From a virus, in the IMG/VR virus record IMGVR_UViG_3300042691_044682, positions 28,322 through 92,321 of that record: a stretch of 64,000 bases of DNA. One strand, 5' to 3'. Numbering within the stretch: the stretch's first letter is position 1; each line of letters begins with the position of its first letter. Both the position numbers and the translations under genes were made by a program. Below, in pieces: positions 24,917 through 34,945 of the stretch. Under the pieces are notes generated by a model. That model was not told the DNA's origin and made no database searches. It saw only the letters and a list, made by a program, of their open reading frames with translations.

Positions 24917-25330
24917 ATGAGCGAATCGCCGGCGAGCGACACGCCCATCCTGTCGCCGGACGCGGTCTTCCGGATCTGGAACGCCTGCTTCTTCGTCGAC
25001 GCGATGGACCGCCCCGAGGACCTGGTGCGCGTCGACGGCATCATCACCAGCGTGCCCTTCAGCCGCACGCGCGTGGGCAACCATGCCGCCGAGATCAAGG
25101 TCCTTCTGCTGGAATTACCGGAGCAGTTTCGACGCAGCGCCGGTGGCGGGTGGACCTTCCTCAACGCCTGCACGGACCGCCGCGGCCGGTTCTGGACGGG
25201 CGAGCACACGGCCATGGAGCAGCTGGTGCTCCTGGGCGTGGCGGCGGGGCTGGTGAGCTGGACGCTGCCGCGGGACCTCTGGTCGATCCTGCCCGGCGGG
25301 ATGCCCTACCTGCGGGTGGAGGACCAATGA
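24917..25330 (+). CDS. conserved phage hypothetical protein
   Basis: GGGWTFLNACTDRRG..WTGEH..MEQL...LPGGMPY. Confidence 0.8.
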   Translation: MSESPASDTPILSPDAVFRIWNACFFVDAMDRPEDLVRVDGIITSVPFSRTRVGNHAAEIKVLLLELPEQFRRSAGGGWTFLNACTDRRGRFWTGEHTAMEQLVLLGVAAGLVSWTLPRDLWSILPGGMPYLRVEDQ

Positions 25331-25539
25331 CCGACGCCGAGCTGCTGAGCGCGATGAATGCGATCTGCCACCACCAGGTGGCGCGAAGCGTCCATCCGCT
25401 CACCTGCGGGAACGACAGCAACCACCCTCCCCTGTTCCCGCTCGTGCATGCGCAGCGCATCGTGCTGCGCTGCGCGCATTGCGACTACCGCCAGACCTAC
25501 CTGCCCGACATCGTCAGACCTACCTGCCCGACATCGTGA
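25327..25539 (+). CDS. small zinc-binding protein
   Basis: HPLTCGND..H...CAHCDYRQ. Confidence 0.7.
   Translation: MTDAELLSAMNAICHHQVARSVHPLTCGNDSNHPPLFPLVHAQRIVLRCAHCDYRQTYLPDIVRPTCPTS
25492..25537. repeat. perfect 23-bp tandem duplication
   Basis: cagacctacctgcccgacatcgt x2. Confidence 0.9.
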
Positions 25540-25753
25540 AGAGCGCTGCCGCCTGCACCCGGGCATGAGCCAAGAGGACGTCGGCCACAGGTTTGACGTG
25601 AAGGGCGGCCGGGTGTCGGAGGTCTTGCACGGCCACTACGACCCGGGCGGATCGAAGTGGGACAAGATGATGACCAGGGTGAGGCGGGATATCGGGAGAC
25701 GGTCCGCGCCGCGGGCGTCTACACCGGCATCGAGTTCATCTGATCCACGAACG

Positions 25754-25808
25754 ACGAAAGGCCCGCCGGGCCCCAGGGAGTGATCCCCAGGGCCCGGCGG
25801 GCCTTCGT
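25754..25808. terminator. long hairpin between convergent early and late units
   Basis: acgaaaggcccgccgggccc...gggcccggcgggccttcgt. Confidence 0.7.
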
Positions 25809-25923
25809 GCGTCACAATTCGACGGCCGGGGGACCACCCCCCGGCCGCCCTCGCCTGTCCAGACGGCGCTGGATCCTCTCGATTGGGGATGAGTGGTTCC
25901 GCCAGGCGCGCCGCCCGGCGAGC

Positions 25924-26241
25924 TCAGACGTAGCGGATGAGCAGGATCGCCGCCGCCTGGGCGTGCGCTACCAGCGCCGGCCAGCCAGCTTGGCGGATGA
26001 GCCGCTGGCGCTCCTCGACGGAGGCGCGCAGCCGCCAGGTCTTCCAGCCCCAGTGCGGCTCGATCTGCGCGATCTCGCGTGCCAGGAACCACACCGAGGC
26101 GATGCCGGCGCCGTAGAAGGCGCCGATCGCGCCGTCGCGCAGCAGGTAGCCGGAGGCCAGCGCGCCGAGCCCGGTCACCAGCATCGCGCCGGCCACATGC
26201 AGCAGGGAGGGGCCGAGGCCCCGCTTGGTCGCCATGTCCAT
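25924..26241 (-). CDS. membrane protein in lysis module
   Basis: hydrophobic helices; FLAREIAQIE motif; agggag SD. Confidence 0.7.
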   Translation of the reverse strand: MDMATKRGLGPSLLHVAGAMLVTGLGALASGYLLRDGAIGAFYGAGIASVWFLAREIAQIEPHWGWKTWRLRASVEERQRLIRQAGWPALVAHAQAAAILLIRYV

Positions 26242-26258
26242 GGATATCTCCCTTTCGT

Positions 26259-26924
26259 TCAACGCAGCGCGGCGCGCAGCTTCGTGATGATGTCCTCGAG
26301 CGCGGCAACGCGCGCCGCGAGAGCGGGATCTGCGCCGCCGGGAACGACGGCAGGGGCGACCGGCGCCGTCGGGCGCGGCACGGCCGGCACGGCCGGCTGG
26401 CCCGCCACGGCCGCGCAGGCGGCGGCCCAGTAGCCGCCCCAGGTCTGGCGGTGCGGCTTCCCGGGCCGCCAGTTGCGCAGATAGTACTGCCAGGCCTCCT
26501 CCTCGTTCACGGCCTCCGGAGCCGGCAACGGCCGCGGGTCGGTCAGCAGCAGCAGCCGCGCGAAGGCGGCGGCGAGCTCGTCGCCCTCGATGGTGGCGAA
26601 GTGCCGCCAGATGGCGTCCGCGTCGAACGGGACGCCGCCGGCGGCGGCGAGGTCCTGCGCGGCGGACCGGGACGCGGGGTGCCGCATGACCCCGGCCACG
26701 CCACCACCCCGCTCGAACTGCCAGAAACCCGTGGCCGGGCCGATCGCGCCCGGCACCAGGCGGCCGTTCTGCACCTCGAGCTGGTCGCGCGCCTCGAAGC
26801 CGCTCTCCTGCAGGCCGATCGCGGCCATCATGGCCATCGCCGGCGCGCCCCCGGAGGCGCCGTAGGTCGTGGCGATGTGGTCCACCGCCGGGCGGATGAG
26901 GGTGTTGAGCGGGATCGCCGCCAT
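26259..26924 (-). CDS. endolysin (lysozyme-like)
   Basis: AIGLQESG...GPATGFWQFERGGG...AWQYYLRNWRPGKPH; follows holin-like gene. Confidence 0.75.
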   Translation of the reverse strand: MAAIPLNTLIRPAVDHIATTYGASGGAPAMAMMAAIGLQESGFEARDQLEVQNGRLVPGAIGPATGFWQFERGGGVAGVMRHPASRSAAQDLAAAGGVPFDADAIWRHFATIEGDELAAAFARLLLLTDPRPLPAPEAVNEEEAWQYYLRNWRPGKPHRQTWGGYWAAACAAVAGQPAVPAVPRPTAPVAPAVVPGGADPALAARVAALEDIITKLRAALR

Positions 26925-26926
26925 GG

Positions 26927-27622
26927 TCAGTGCCCCCTGCCGAAAATGGAGGAGCGCGGCGATCGCTCCCCCGCGGCCATCGCGCTGCTCGCGGCCACGG
27001 AGCGCTGCACCGCCGCCGTCGCAGCCAGCCCGCCGGCACGGCTGCCACCGACCCAGTACTGGCAGACCCCCCTGAATTCCACGACGAGAGCACCCACCAG
27101 CGCCATCAGGATGTCGCGAAAGCCGTCCTGCAGCCGCGCGACCCCGCCGATGTTCAGCAGGAGCACCGCGAGCGTCATCGTGAAGAGCGATGTGACGGCC
27201 ACCGTCTGGAATGCCGGCATCCAGGCGAGGTTCGATCCGATCTTTGCCAACTCCACGGTCTGCCCCCGCGCGTTCGCGACGTCGGCCAGTGCGACGCGCA
27301 GCTCCTCGAGGTCGGCCTGGCGCTTCCGATCCTCGGCCGCGGCGACGATCTCGGCCAGCCGCACCCGCGCCTCGAGGGCCTTCTGCGGGTCGGCGCCGAA
27401 CACCGCGGCCGCCTGGACGGGGTCATCGGTGCCGGCGACCGCCTGCACGACCGTCGCCGCCTGCTGAGCCGCCTGCCCGGCGGTCTCGCCGGCCAGGGTG
27501 CGGACCAGCTCTGGCACGAGCGTGGTGGCGACACCGACGAGCGCGCCAAGCGGCCCGGCGGTGACGAACCCCGTGGCCCCGGCCGCGATGGTGCGACCGG
27601 CCACGTCTCCGATATCGGTCAT
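26927..27622 (-). CDS. holin-like protein
   Basis: LADVANAR, two TM helices, YWVGGSR motif. Confidence 0.7.
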   Translation of the reverse strand: MTDIGDVAGRTIAAGATGFVTAGPLGALVGVATTLVPELVRTLAGETAGQAAQQAATVVQAVAGTDDPVQAAAVFGADPQKALEARVRLAEIVAAAEDRKRQADLEELRVALADVANARGQTVELAKIGSNLAWMPAFQTVAVTSLFTMTLAVLLLNIGGVARLQDGFRDILMALVGALVVEFRGVCQYWVGGSRAGGLAATAAVQRSVAASSAMAAGERSPRSSIFGRGH

Positions 27623-27806
27623 GGGGGATCTCCGTGCGCGAGCCTCTCGAAGGCGGGCAGCTCGCGGGCCCGCACATGCATCCTGGAGCCGTCCGGCAGC
27701 ACCAGCTGGACCCACTGACCGTCCTCGACCCGGCGCACCCCGGGGTGCAGCAGGTAGGGCGTCACGCGCTTTGCGCGGACCCGCAGCCAGGCCTCGTCGT
27801 CGGCGC

Positions 27807-28328
27807 TCAGGCCGAGACCAGGGCCGCCTGGCGGAACATCTCGTCCAGGTTCGCGTCCGTCAGGCCGAACTGGGCCGCCATCTGCTGCACCAGCACCCCG
27901 TTCCGGGTGATCGTGTTCGCGTATTCCCACGCCTGCCATGCCGTCCCGCCCATCGCCCGCAGCGTGTCGTCGACGTCCTCGAAGAGCGTCCTGCCCTCGG
28001 CGCTGCCGGGCATGCCCATCAGCACCGCTCGAGCCTGGAAGTTCGTGATCTCCGGCGGCACGGTGCTGCCCGGCGGCAGCGGCGGCGTCGACGGCGTCCA
28101 GGCGCTCCAGGCGTCGATCGCGCTCTGAAAGCGCCCGATGTCGGTGAACCGCTCGTTCGGCGGGCGGGAGATCGGGCCGTCGCCATCATGGTCGACGAAT
28201 TCGATCTCGCCCTTGGCCCCATACCACTGCACTGCATGGATGTTGGCCGCGACGTCGAGCAGCAGCGGCCCGCGCGCCTGGCCATCGATGATGACGATGC
28301 GCTGCGCGGGCAGGATGGTCATCCGCAT
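27807..28328 (-). CDS. tail fibre assembly-type protein
   Basis: IHAVQWYG.KGEIE; ITNFQAR...WEYA..I.R...LDEMFRQAA. Confidence 0.65.
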   Translation of the reverse strand: MRMTILPAQRIVIIDGQARGPLLLDVAANIHAVQWYGAKGEIEFVDHDGDGPISRPPNERFTDIGRFQSAIDAWSAWTPSTPPLPPGSTVPPEITNFQARAVLMGMPGSAEGRTLFEDVDDTLRAMGGTAWQAWEYANTITRNGVLVQQMAAQFGLTDANLDEMFRQAALVSA

Positions 28329-28331
28329 GGG

Positions 28332-28658
28332 TCAGTTCTCCTGGGGGGGAAGCCGCCGCGGTGCGCCGACCAGCGGGCCCAGCAGGGAGGCGAGCGGCAG
28401 CATGGGTGCGTGGGCGGCGGCCTCGTTGGCGCGGACCATCTCGTTGCGGAAGCTCTCGATCGCGGCGCCGGTCTGGCGCGACTGCTGCGCGTTCTCGATC
28501 AGCAGCATCGGCAGCCAGGCCACCGCGCAGCCCCACTCGTCCACCTCCGCGCCCGTGTTCGGATTGGTGCCGCGGATCTGGGTGAACCAGGCGCAGTCGA
28601 GCTTGCGGCACGGCTCGAAGCCCGCCAGCGGGCAATTCGCCTTCGGCTCGATCTTCAT
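28332..28658 (-). CDS. Cys-rich conserved phage tail-region protein
   Basis: CPL...C...CAWF...WGCAVAWLPMLLIEN...AAIESFRNEMV. Confidence 0.75.
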   Translation of the reverse strand: MKIEPKANCPLAGFEPCRKLDCAWFTQIRGTNPNTGAEVDEWGCAVAWLPMLLIENAQQSRQTGAAIESFRNEMVRANEAAAHAPMLPLASLLGPLVGAPRRLPPQEN

Positions 28659-28706
28659 GCGGCATCCTTCGTCGAAAGGGCCTCGCTGCGAAGTTGCGAC
28701 ATTTCA

Positions 28707-29471
28707 CTAATCCCGGGCGGCGATGATCGCGTCGACGTACTTCACGGCCATGTCGAGGTTGTCCATCGCAAGAATGTGGTTGTGGGGCTGACTGCCACCG
28801 GTGGCGCCCGTAGTCGACGACCCAGCCGGGTATGGCGCCGCGCCACCGGGGCCGAACGAACCATCGCCCGCGATCCCGACGACGGAGTGCCAATGGGTAG
28901 GCATCTGGCTCTCGGTCAGCGTCGTATTTTCCACCGTGCCGCTCAGCCCCCGGGCCGCAGCGAAGGCGGCGCTGAAGTCGAGCGTCCCGCCCGAGCTCAC
29001 CGACCCGCTCACCACGCGCAGGGCCTTGTCGTTGTGCGCCGTGCTCTTGGTCCAGCCGGTCGGCGCCGCGCTCTGCACGAACAGCATCGTCGTGCCAGAG
29101 GGGTAGTAGGTGCCGACCTTCGCGTCGACGTAGGCCTTCCGCGCGAAGGCGTCGTCCGTCGCCGGGTCGGACGACGGACCGACCGGCGTCTGGGTGAAGG
29201 TGCCGCCCCGCACATAGAGGTCCCACACCCCGGTCGTCGGATTGATCTCGCCGAGCTTCAGGTCGCCCAGCGCGACCGAGATGAAGATCATCAGGTCCCA
29301 GCGCGTGCCGGACACCTCCTGGATCCACATCATGCCCGGCTGCACATAGGTCGGCCTGGTGGCGCCGCGGTGCAGCGTGTGCAGCGCGTCGCGCTGGTCC
29401 ATGAGGTCGTCGGCCAGCGACGGGCCCGACTTCGTGTCGGGGTCGATCGTGCCGAAGTCGAACTGCGTCAT
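28707..29471 (-). CDS. tail fibre protein with collar-like domain
   Basis: PSGTTMLFVQSAAPTGWTK...TLTESQMPTHWH...GGSQPHNH. Confidence 0.8.
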   Translation of the reverse strand: MTQFDFGTIDPDTKSGPSLADDLMDQRDALHTLHRGATRPTYVQPGMMWIQEVSGTRWDLMIFISVALGDLKLGEINPTTGVWDLYVRGGTFTQTPVGPSSDPATDDAFARKAYVDAKVGTYYPSGTTMLFVQSAAPTGWTKSTAHNDKALRVVSGSVSSGGTLDFSAAFAAARGLSGTVENTTLTESQMPTHWHSVVGIAGDGSFGPGGAAPYPAGSSTTGATGGSQPHNHILAMDNLDMAVKYVDAIIAARD

Positions 29472-29481
29472 GGTGCGCTCC

Positions 29482-29850
29482 TCAATTCGGCGGCGTGCGG
29501 CTGTTGCTGCCCTGCTGCACCGCCAAGCGCCCTTCTAGCACCCGCACCGCGCCGCGCAGGTCGGCCACCGTCTCGCGCAGCGCCTTCACGGCGCCGTCGA
29601 GCTCGGTCATCACACGCACCTGGGCGATCTCGCGCGCCGCCTGGTCGCGCATGTCGGCCCGGTCGCGATCTTCGAGCGTCTTCACCCGGTCGGCAATCTC
29701 GCCGAGGCGGTAGTAGGCGATGGCCCCCCCGGAGATCAGCACGAGGGCCTGGATGGTGAGGGTGGCGATCAGGGCCAGCGGGATCCTCTTGTCGAACGAC
29801 CAGTGGTTGTTCGGGTCTTCGGGCAGCGGCCGGGCGGGAATGAGCGACAT
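29482..29850 (-). CDS. TM plus coiled-coil protein
   Basis: HWSFDKRIPLALI, single TM. Confidence 0.7.
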   Translation of the reverse strand: MSLIPARPLPEDPNNHWSFDKRIPLALIATLTIQALVLISGGAIAYYRLGEIADRVKTLEDRDRADMRDQAAREIAQVRVMTELDGAVKALRETVADLRGAVRVLEGRLAVQQGSNSRTPPN

Positions 29851-29858
29851 GGAGGTTC

Positions 29859-30152
29859 TCACGCCGGCGGTGGGACGGTGCGCGCGACGACCTGGAAGGC
29901 TCCCTCGCGGGCCGCCTTGGTGCCGCTGGGGACCTCCCACCGCCAGCGCCAGACACCCGCGGTGGAGGGCGAGACCTCCGCGTAGAGCAGGTTGGCGTCG
30001 TCGGGATCGGGATTGGTCGAGATGATCTGGCCGACGTTGTCGGCCGGACCGAACAGCAACAGCCGCATGCCGGTCGGCTCGATCACGGCGTCGTCCTCGT
30101 CACGCAGCGAGGCGTCGAGCCGGATCGTCTGGCCGAGCGTGTAAATCTTCAT
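29859..30152 (-). CDS. small Ig-like structural protein
   Basis: AGVWRWRWE...EGAFQV. Confidence 0.7.
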   Translation of the reverse strand: MKIYTLGQTIRLDASLRDEDDAVIEPTGMRLLLFGPADNVGQIISTNPDPDDANLLYAEVSPSTAGVWRWRWEVPSGTKAAREGAFQVVARTVPPPA

Positions 30153-30155
30153 GGC

Positions 30156-32801
30156 TCAGATCTCCCGCACCACGATGTTCTGCCGAGGCTGGTCTTCGGC
30201 CGCAGGCACCGAAACGACGCGCTCGCGCGCAGCGATCGTGGGGGAGCGCAGCCACACTACCGTCCCCGGCACCGGATAAGTCCCGGCCCGGATATTTTTC
30301 ACGAGGAATTCACGCGCGAGCACCCGCGCGAAGCGCAGGTTGAAGATGACCTCGAGGCCCGCCTCGCCGGCCAGCAGGGCCTCGGCGAAGGCGGTCCGGT
30401 AGGCCTCGGCGAGCAGATCACCCTGGCCCAGCAGCAGCGCCTCGGCGCCGAGCAGGATGCGCGGCTCCGGCGCGACCAGGCCGCCCTGGCCGGCCAGTGC
30501 CGCAAGGGCGGCCAGATCCAGCCGGGCCAGCCCCGAGAGCCCGCCCTGCCCCGCCAGCGCCGCCGCGGCGAGCCGCTGCGCCTGGGGCGTCGCCGCAAGA
30601 GTGCCAGCGCCGGTGAGGGAGGCCAGCGCGCGCGCCCAGAGGCCCGCCTCAGCAGCCAGGGTGCCAGCGCCGGACAGCGCCACCGCGATCGAGGCGCCGC
30701 CCGTCGTGCTGGCGGCGAGGTTGCCTATACCGGAGAGGGCCGCCGCGATAGACAAACGAGCTTGTGGCTCGGCCGTGAGAGACAACGCCCCGGCCAGCGC
30801 CGCCTCGGCCAGCGCGATCCGCCGCGCGTCGGTGGCGAGGGTGCCGGCGCCGGCAAGCGCCTGGGTGGCGAACGAGGTCCGGCGAGCGTCTGCCGCGGCG
30901 GTGCCGGCGCCGGAGAAGGCGACGGCCAGGCGCAGGAGCGCGCGGGCGTCGGCTGCGAGCGTCCCGGTGCCGGTGAGGCTCGCGGTGCCGAGCTGCGTGC
31001 CTTCGGCGACGATGTAGAGGCTGCCGGCGCCCGAGAGGGAGGCGGCGAGCCGCAGCAGCGCCTTGGCGTCGGCCGAGACCGCGCCTGCGCCGCTCAGCAG
31101 CTCCGCGACGAGCGCGATGCGGCGGCTGTCGGCGGTGGCGGTGCCGCTGCCGGCCAGCGTGGCGGCGGCGCGTACCAGGGCGACCGGGTCGGCGTAGAGC
31201 CCACCGGCGCCCGCCAGGGCAGCCAGCGCGGCGGCCCGCATCCCCGCATCGACGGCGAGGGTGCCCTGCCCCGACAGGGCGGCCGAGGCGAACTGGGTGC
31301 CTTCGGCGGTGACAGAGATGGAGCCCGCGCCGGCCAGGCTGGCGGCGAGGCGCAGATGGGCCCGGGCATCGGCCGAGAGGCCGGCGACGGCGGCCAGGGC
31401 TGCGGCGTCGCGCAGCAGAACGCCGGCGTCGGCGGCGAGCGTCCCGACCCCCGAGAGGCTCGCGGCGGCGAAGGCGGCCCTGGTGCCGTCCACCGACACC
31501 GCGCCGGAGCCGGACAGCGCGGCGGTGACCCGGATCTGTGCGGCGGGATCCGCGGCGACCGCGCCGACACCCGTGAGGGCGGCCGAGGCGCTGACGGTCG
31601 AGCCCCCGATGTCCGGCAGGATGAGGGCGGCGAAGGCGAGGCGGACCCGGCTGCCGGCGCCGCTCTGCACCGTGGCGTCGGCGGCCAGGCTGCCGGCGCC
31701 TGCGAGCGCGGCCGTGAAGCGGATCGTGGCGGCGGCATCGGTGGCGAGGGCGCCGGCGCCGGCGAGCGCCGCCGCGGCGAGAGCCTGGTTCTGCCCGGTG
31801 GCGGCCAGGGTGCCCGCCCCGGTCAGGGCGGCGGTCCCGGTAGTGATGACCCCGGCGCTCGCGACAAGGGTGCCGGCGCCCGTCAGCGCAGCGGCGGCGA
31901 GAAGCTGGTTCTGGCCCGCGCCGACGAGGCTACCCGCCCCCGTGAGCGCCGCGGTGCCGGACTGAATGCGGCGCGCCTCGCCCGCCAGCAAACCGGCGCC
32001 GGTGAGGGATGCCTCCCCCTGGTAGGTCGTACCGCCGCCCTGGACGGTGGCGTCGGCGGCCAGGCTGCCGGCGCCCGAGAGCGCCACCGCCAGGCTCAGG
32101 GACGCCTTGGCGTCGGAGGACGCGGTGCCGGCGCCGGTGAGCGAAGCCGTCGCCTGCAGCGGGATCGGCGGGCTGATCGCCAGCGTCCACGACACCCACT
32201 GCTCGGAGGCGCTGGTGAAGGTGCCGGGGTCGAGCGACGAGGCGTTGGCCTGGTACTCGGCCGTGTTGGTCGAGGCGCCGCCCGTGCCCGCCGCCGCCTG
32301 GGTCTGGAGGTCGGTGAAGGTGCCCGGCGTGGTCGGCGCGACGGTGGCGACCGTCGTGCTGTCGCCCGAGCGGGTGACGATCCAGAGGTAGTCCTGCGCG
32401 CCGCTCGGGCCCGTGTGCTGAGGCGGGTTCGAGTTGGTCGACGAGTTGTTCGCGCTCGTGCCGGTGACCGGGTTGGTGCTGGCGTGCCCGGTGATGCGAA
32501 GCGAGGTGTGCGACGACTGCTCGGAGGCGCTGGTCGTCAGCGTGAGGGCGTCGGAGCCCTCAGCGATCTTCCAGATGATCGCGCCCGTGACGATGGTGCC
32601 GTTCGAGGCTTGCCCGAGGATGCTCCAGTTGTCGCCCGAGACGCCCGTGTTGATTGAGACGGTCGGGTTGCCGTCCACCGAGAAGACCACCACCAGCAGG
32701 TCGCCGGCCGAGATGCTGGCGGGCAGCGTGATGGCGTGCGACGTGGTGTTCGTTGCGGTGGTGCGGTTGTTCGCCCGGGTCTGGACGCTCGGAAAGGCCA
32801 T
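30156..32801 (-). CDS. fibre-like protein: N-terminal beta domain + long AxLxGxGxLxA repeat
   Basis: ~19-21 aa Ala/Gly repeats over about 600 aa. Confidence 0.8.
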   Translation of the reverse strand: MAFPSVQTRANNRTTATNTTSHAITLPASISAGDLLVVVFSVDGNPTVSINTGVSGDNWSILGQASNGTIVTGAIIWKIAEGSDALTLTTSASEQSSHTSLRITGHASTNPVTGTSANNSSTNSNPPQHTGPSGAQDYLWIVTRSGDSTTVATVAPTTPGTFTDLQTQAAAGTGGASTNTAEYQANASSLDPGTFTSASEQWVSWTLAISPPIPLQATASLTGAGTASSDAKASLSLAVALSGAGSLAADATVQGGGTTYQGEASLTGAGLLAGEARRIQSGTAALTGAGSLVGAGQNQLLAAAALTGAGTLVASAGVITTGTAALTGAGTLAATGQNQALAAAALAGAGALATDAAATIRFTAALAGAGSLAADATVQSGAGSRVRLAFAALILPDIGGSTVSASAALTGVGAVAADPAAQIRVTAALSGSGAVSVDGTRAAFAAASLSGVGTLAADAGVLLRDAAALAAVAGLSADARAHLRLAASLAGAGSISVTAEGTQFASAALSGQGTLAVDAGMRAAALAALAGAGGLYADPVALVRAAATLAGSGTATADSRRIALVAELLSGAGAVSADAKALLRLAASLSGAGSLYIVAEGTQLGTASLTGTGTLAADARALLRLAVAFSGAGTAAADARRTSFATQALAGAGTLATDARRIALAEAALAGALSLTAEPQARLSIAAALSGIGNLAASTTGGASIAVALSGAGTLAAEAGLWARALASLTGAGTLAATPQAQRLAAAALAGQGGLSGLARLDLAALAALAGQGGLVAPEPRILLGAEALLLGQGDLLAEAYRTAFAEALLAGEAGLEVIFNLRFARVLAREFLVKNIRAGTYPVPGTVVWLRSPTIAARERVVSVPAAEDQPRQNIVVREI

Positions 32802-32804
32802 GGC

Positions 32805-34352
32805 TTACGGCACCGGCACAAAGCGAAGCCTGAGGTCGGTGTAGTCCGTGATCGCGGCGCGCTCGCCCGCGCTGATCTCCTGCGTGTAGAGGGTCTCGGT
32901 GTCCGCCAGCGCCGGGTGCGACCACTCGGCGATGACGGTGGTGCCCTGCCGCAGCTGCACCGTCGCGCCAATCGTGCTGCCGTCGCGCCGCAGGGCGTAG
33001 TGCGCCTTGATCACCCCCGCCCCCGGCGCGCCGGGCAGCCCCAGTAGCATCTCGAAGGGATCCGACCCGCCGGGCGCCGACTGCGCATAGTCGGCCCAAT
33101 CGGGCGGCGGGGTCTCATCGACGCGGGACCACAGGTCCGTCGTGCCCCCGAGCTGATCCGTCCAGCCGGTCGAGGCGGTGTCGGAGGTGGGGAACATCCA
33201 CGTCTCCTTCACGTTCGCGCTGTCGACCGTCCCGACGCCGGCGAGCGCGGCGCGCGCGGCGGCGATGAGCCCCGCTTCGGTCAGCGCCGTCCCCTGCCCC
33301 GCCAGCGCGGCCAGGGCATTCGCTACCATCCCCCCTTCGGCGGCGACCGCGCCAGCGCCGGACATCGCGATGGCGGCGAGCGCCGTGCGCTGCGCGGCCG
33401 CGGCGGCGGTGCCCGCGCCGGCCAGGGCCGTGGCGAGGCGGATCTCCGCGCGCGGCTCGATGATAGCGGCGCCTGCCCCGGCGAGGGCGGCATTGGCCAG
33501 GCTGGTGCGGGTTGCCGCGGCGGCCGCGCTGCCCGCGCCCGTCAGCGAGACATTCTGTCGGACCTCGGCGCGCGGCTCGGCCGCCAGGGTGCCGGCGCCC
33601 GCCAGTGCGGCGGCGGCGAACTGTGTCGAGATGCTCGAGACGGCCAGCGCGCCTTCACCGGCCAGGGCGACACTCGCCTGCAGCAGGGCGGACGGTTCCG
33701 CCGCCAGGGCGCCCGCGCCGGCCAGGGCAGCGCTGTCGCGCAGCACAACCCCGGCCTGGGCCGCGAGGGTACCGGCACCCGTCAGCGCCGCCGTGGCGGT
33801 GTAGGTCGCCGCGGTCGAGGCCTCGGCGGCAAGGGTGCCGACGCCCGAAAACGCGGCGGTGGCGAGCAGATGGTTCTGCGCAGCCGCCGCCTGGGTGCCG
33901 ACCCCGGCCAGGGCAACGGTCGGACGAACATCAGCCCTCGGCTCGACCGTCAGAGTGCCTGCGCCGGAGAGCGCCGCCGCGGTGAGCAGCTGGTTCTGCC
34001 CGGCCGCAGCGAGCGAGCCCGCGCCGGCCAGGGCGATGTCGCCCGAGACGGACCGGCTGGCCGCGGCGGCTACGGTGCCGACGCCGACGAAGGCGACGGC
34101 GATGGACAGCGCGGCGCGCGGCTCGGCGGCGACCGTGCCGGCGCCCGTAAGGGCCGCCTCGGCGAACTGGACGCGCCTGGCGTCGGCGGCGAGCGCGCCC
34201 GCGCCGGAGAGAACCGCCGGGAGGCTAAGCTGCGCGGACGAACCGGCCGTCGCGACGCCAGCGCCGGTGAGCGACGCGGTGCCTTGGTAAGTCGTGCCGC
34301 CCGTCGCGTGTAGTTCGGCGCCACCTGGGACGAGAACGCCGAACGGCATCAT
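32805..34352 (-). CDS. fibre-like protein: AxLxGxGxLxA repeats + C-terminal domain
   Basis: same repeat as neighbour. Confidence 0.8.
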   Translation of the reverse strand: MMPFGVLVPGGAELHATGGTTYQGTASLTGAGVATAGSSAQLSLPAVLSGAGALAADARRVQFAEAALTGAGTVAAEPRAALSIAVAFVGVGTVAAAASRSVSGDIALAGAGSLAAAGQNQLLTAAALSGAGTLTVEPRADVRPTVALAGVGTQAAAAQNHLLATAAFSGVGTLAAEASTAATYTATAALTGAGTLAAQAGVVLRDSAALAGAGALAAEPSALLQASVALAGEGALAVSSISTQFAAAALAGAGTLAAEPRAEVRQNVSLTGAGSAAAAATRTSLANAALAGAGAAIIEPRAEIRLATALAGAGTAAAAAQRTALAAIAMSGAGAVAAEGGMVANALAALAGQGTALTEAGLIAAARAALAGVGTVDSANVKETWMFPTSDTASTGWTDQLGGTTDLWSRVDETPPPDWADYAQSAPGGSDPFEMLLGLPGAPGAGVIKAHYALRRDGSTIGATVQLRQGTTVIAEWSHPALADTETLYTQEISAGERAAITDYTDLRLRFVPVP

Positions 34353-34356
34353 GGCG

Positions 34357-34602
34357 TTACTCCGGCGTCAGTCCGAGATGTTGTTCCATGGTCAAGTCGA
34401 GCCGGTCGCTCATCGTCACCACCAACCAGTTGACGCCGCTGAAACGCTTGATCGTGATGCCAGTAGGCTCTTGAGGCAGATTGTGACTGTGCAGAATGAT
34501 TGACTGCAACAGCGCCAGCCCGTCCGTCACCACGGGCGCGATCACGTTCCAGCCGGCTTTCCAATTGGGCACCTGCATGACGCGATAATCCGTCGCGGGC
34601 AT
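34357..34602 (-). CDS. hypothetical protein
   Basis: ORF fills gap in the operon; lower GC. Confidence 0.6.
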   Translation of the reverse strand: MPATDYRVMQVPNWKAGWNVIAPVVTDGLALLQSIILHSHNLPQEPTGITIKRFSGVNWLVVTMSDRLDLTMEQHLGLTPE

Positions 34603-34603
34603 G

Positions 34604-34942
34604 TCAGCTAATCCGCCGGATCGACCACGGGAAGGATCGCACCGTCCCCGTCGTCTGGCGCGCGCTCAGAGACCAGTTGTGCAGCAGGATCAGCGACGGG
34701 GAGACGATCATCGCCTCCGCCTGCGCGTTCGCCGCGGACGCCACCCAGCACACGCGATCCGTCCCGCCCGACAGCGCGCGCTCCTCGAGGCGCAGCTCGA
34801 CCACGTCGCCGGCCGCCAGCGCGCCGATGTCGAAGAACACCTGGTAGATGCCGTCGTCGGCGTTGTCGGCGTCCAAGTCCGTCCATGTGGTGGACGTAGC
34901 ACCCGGCGAGAACGTGCCGCTGTTGTGTTCCGTGATCGCCAT
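34604..34942 (-). CDS. small beta-rich structural protein
   Basis: DGIYQVFFD...AGD...WSIRRI. Confidence 0.7.
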   Translation of the reverse strand: MAITEHNSGTFSPGATSTTWTDLDADNADDGIYQVFFDIGALAAGDVVELRLEERALSGGTDRVCWVASAANAQAEAMIVSPSLILLHNWSLSARQTTGTVRSFPWSIRRIS

Positions 34943-34945
34943 GCC

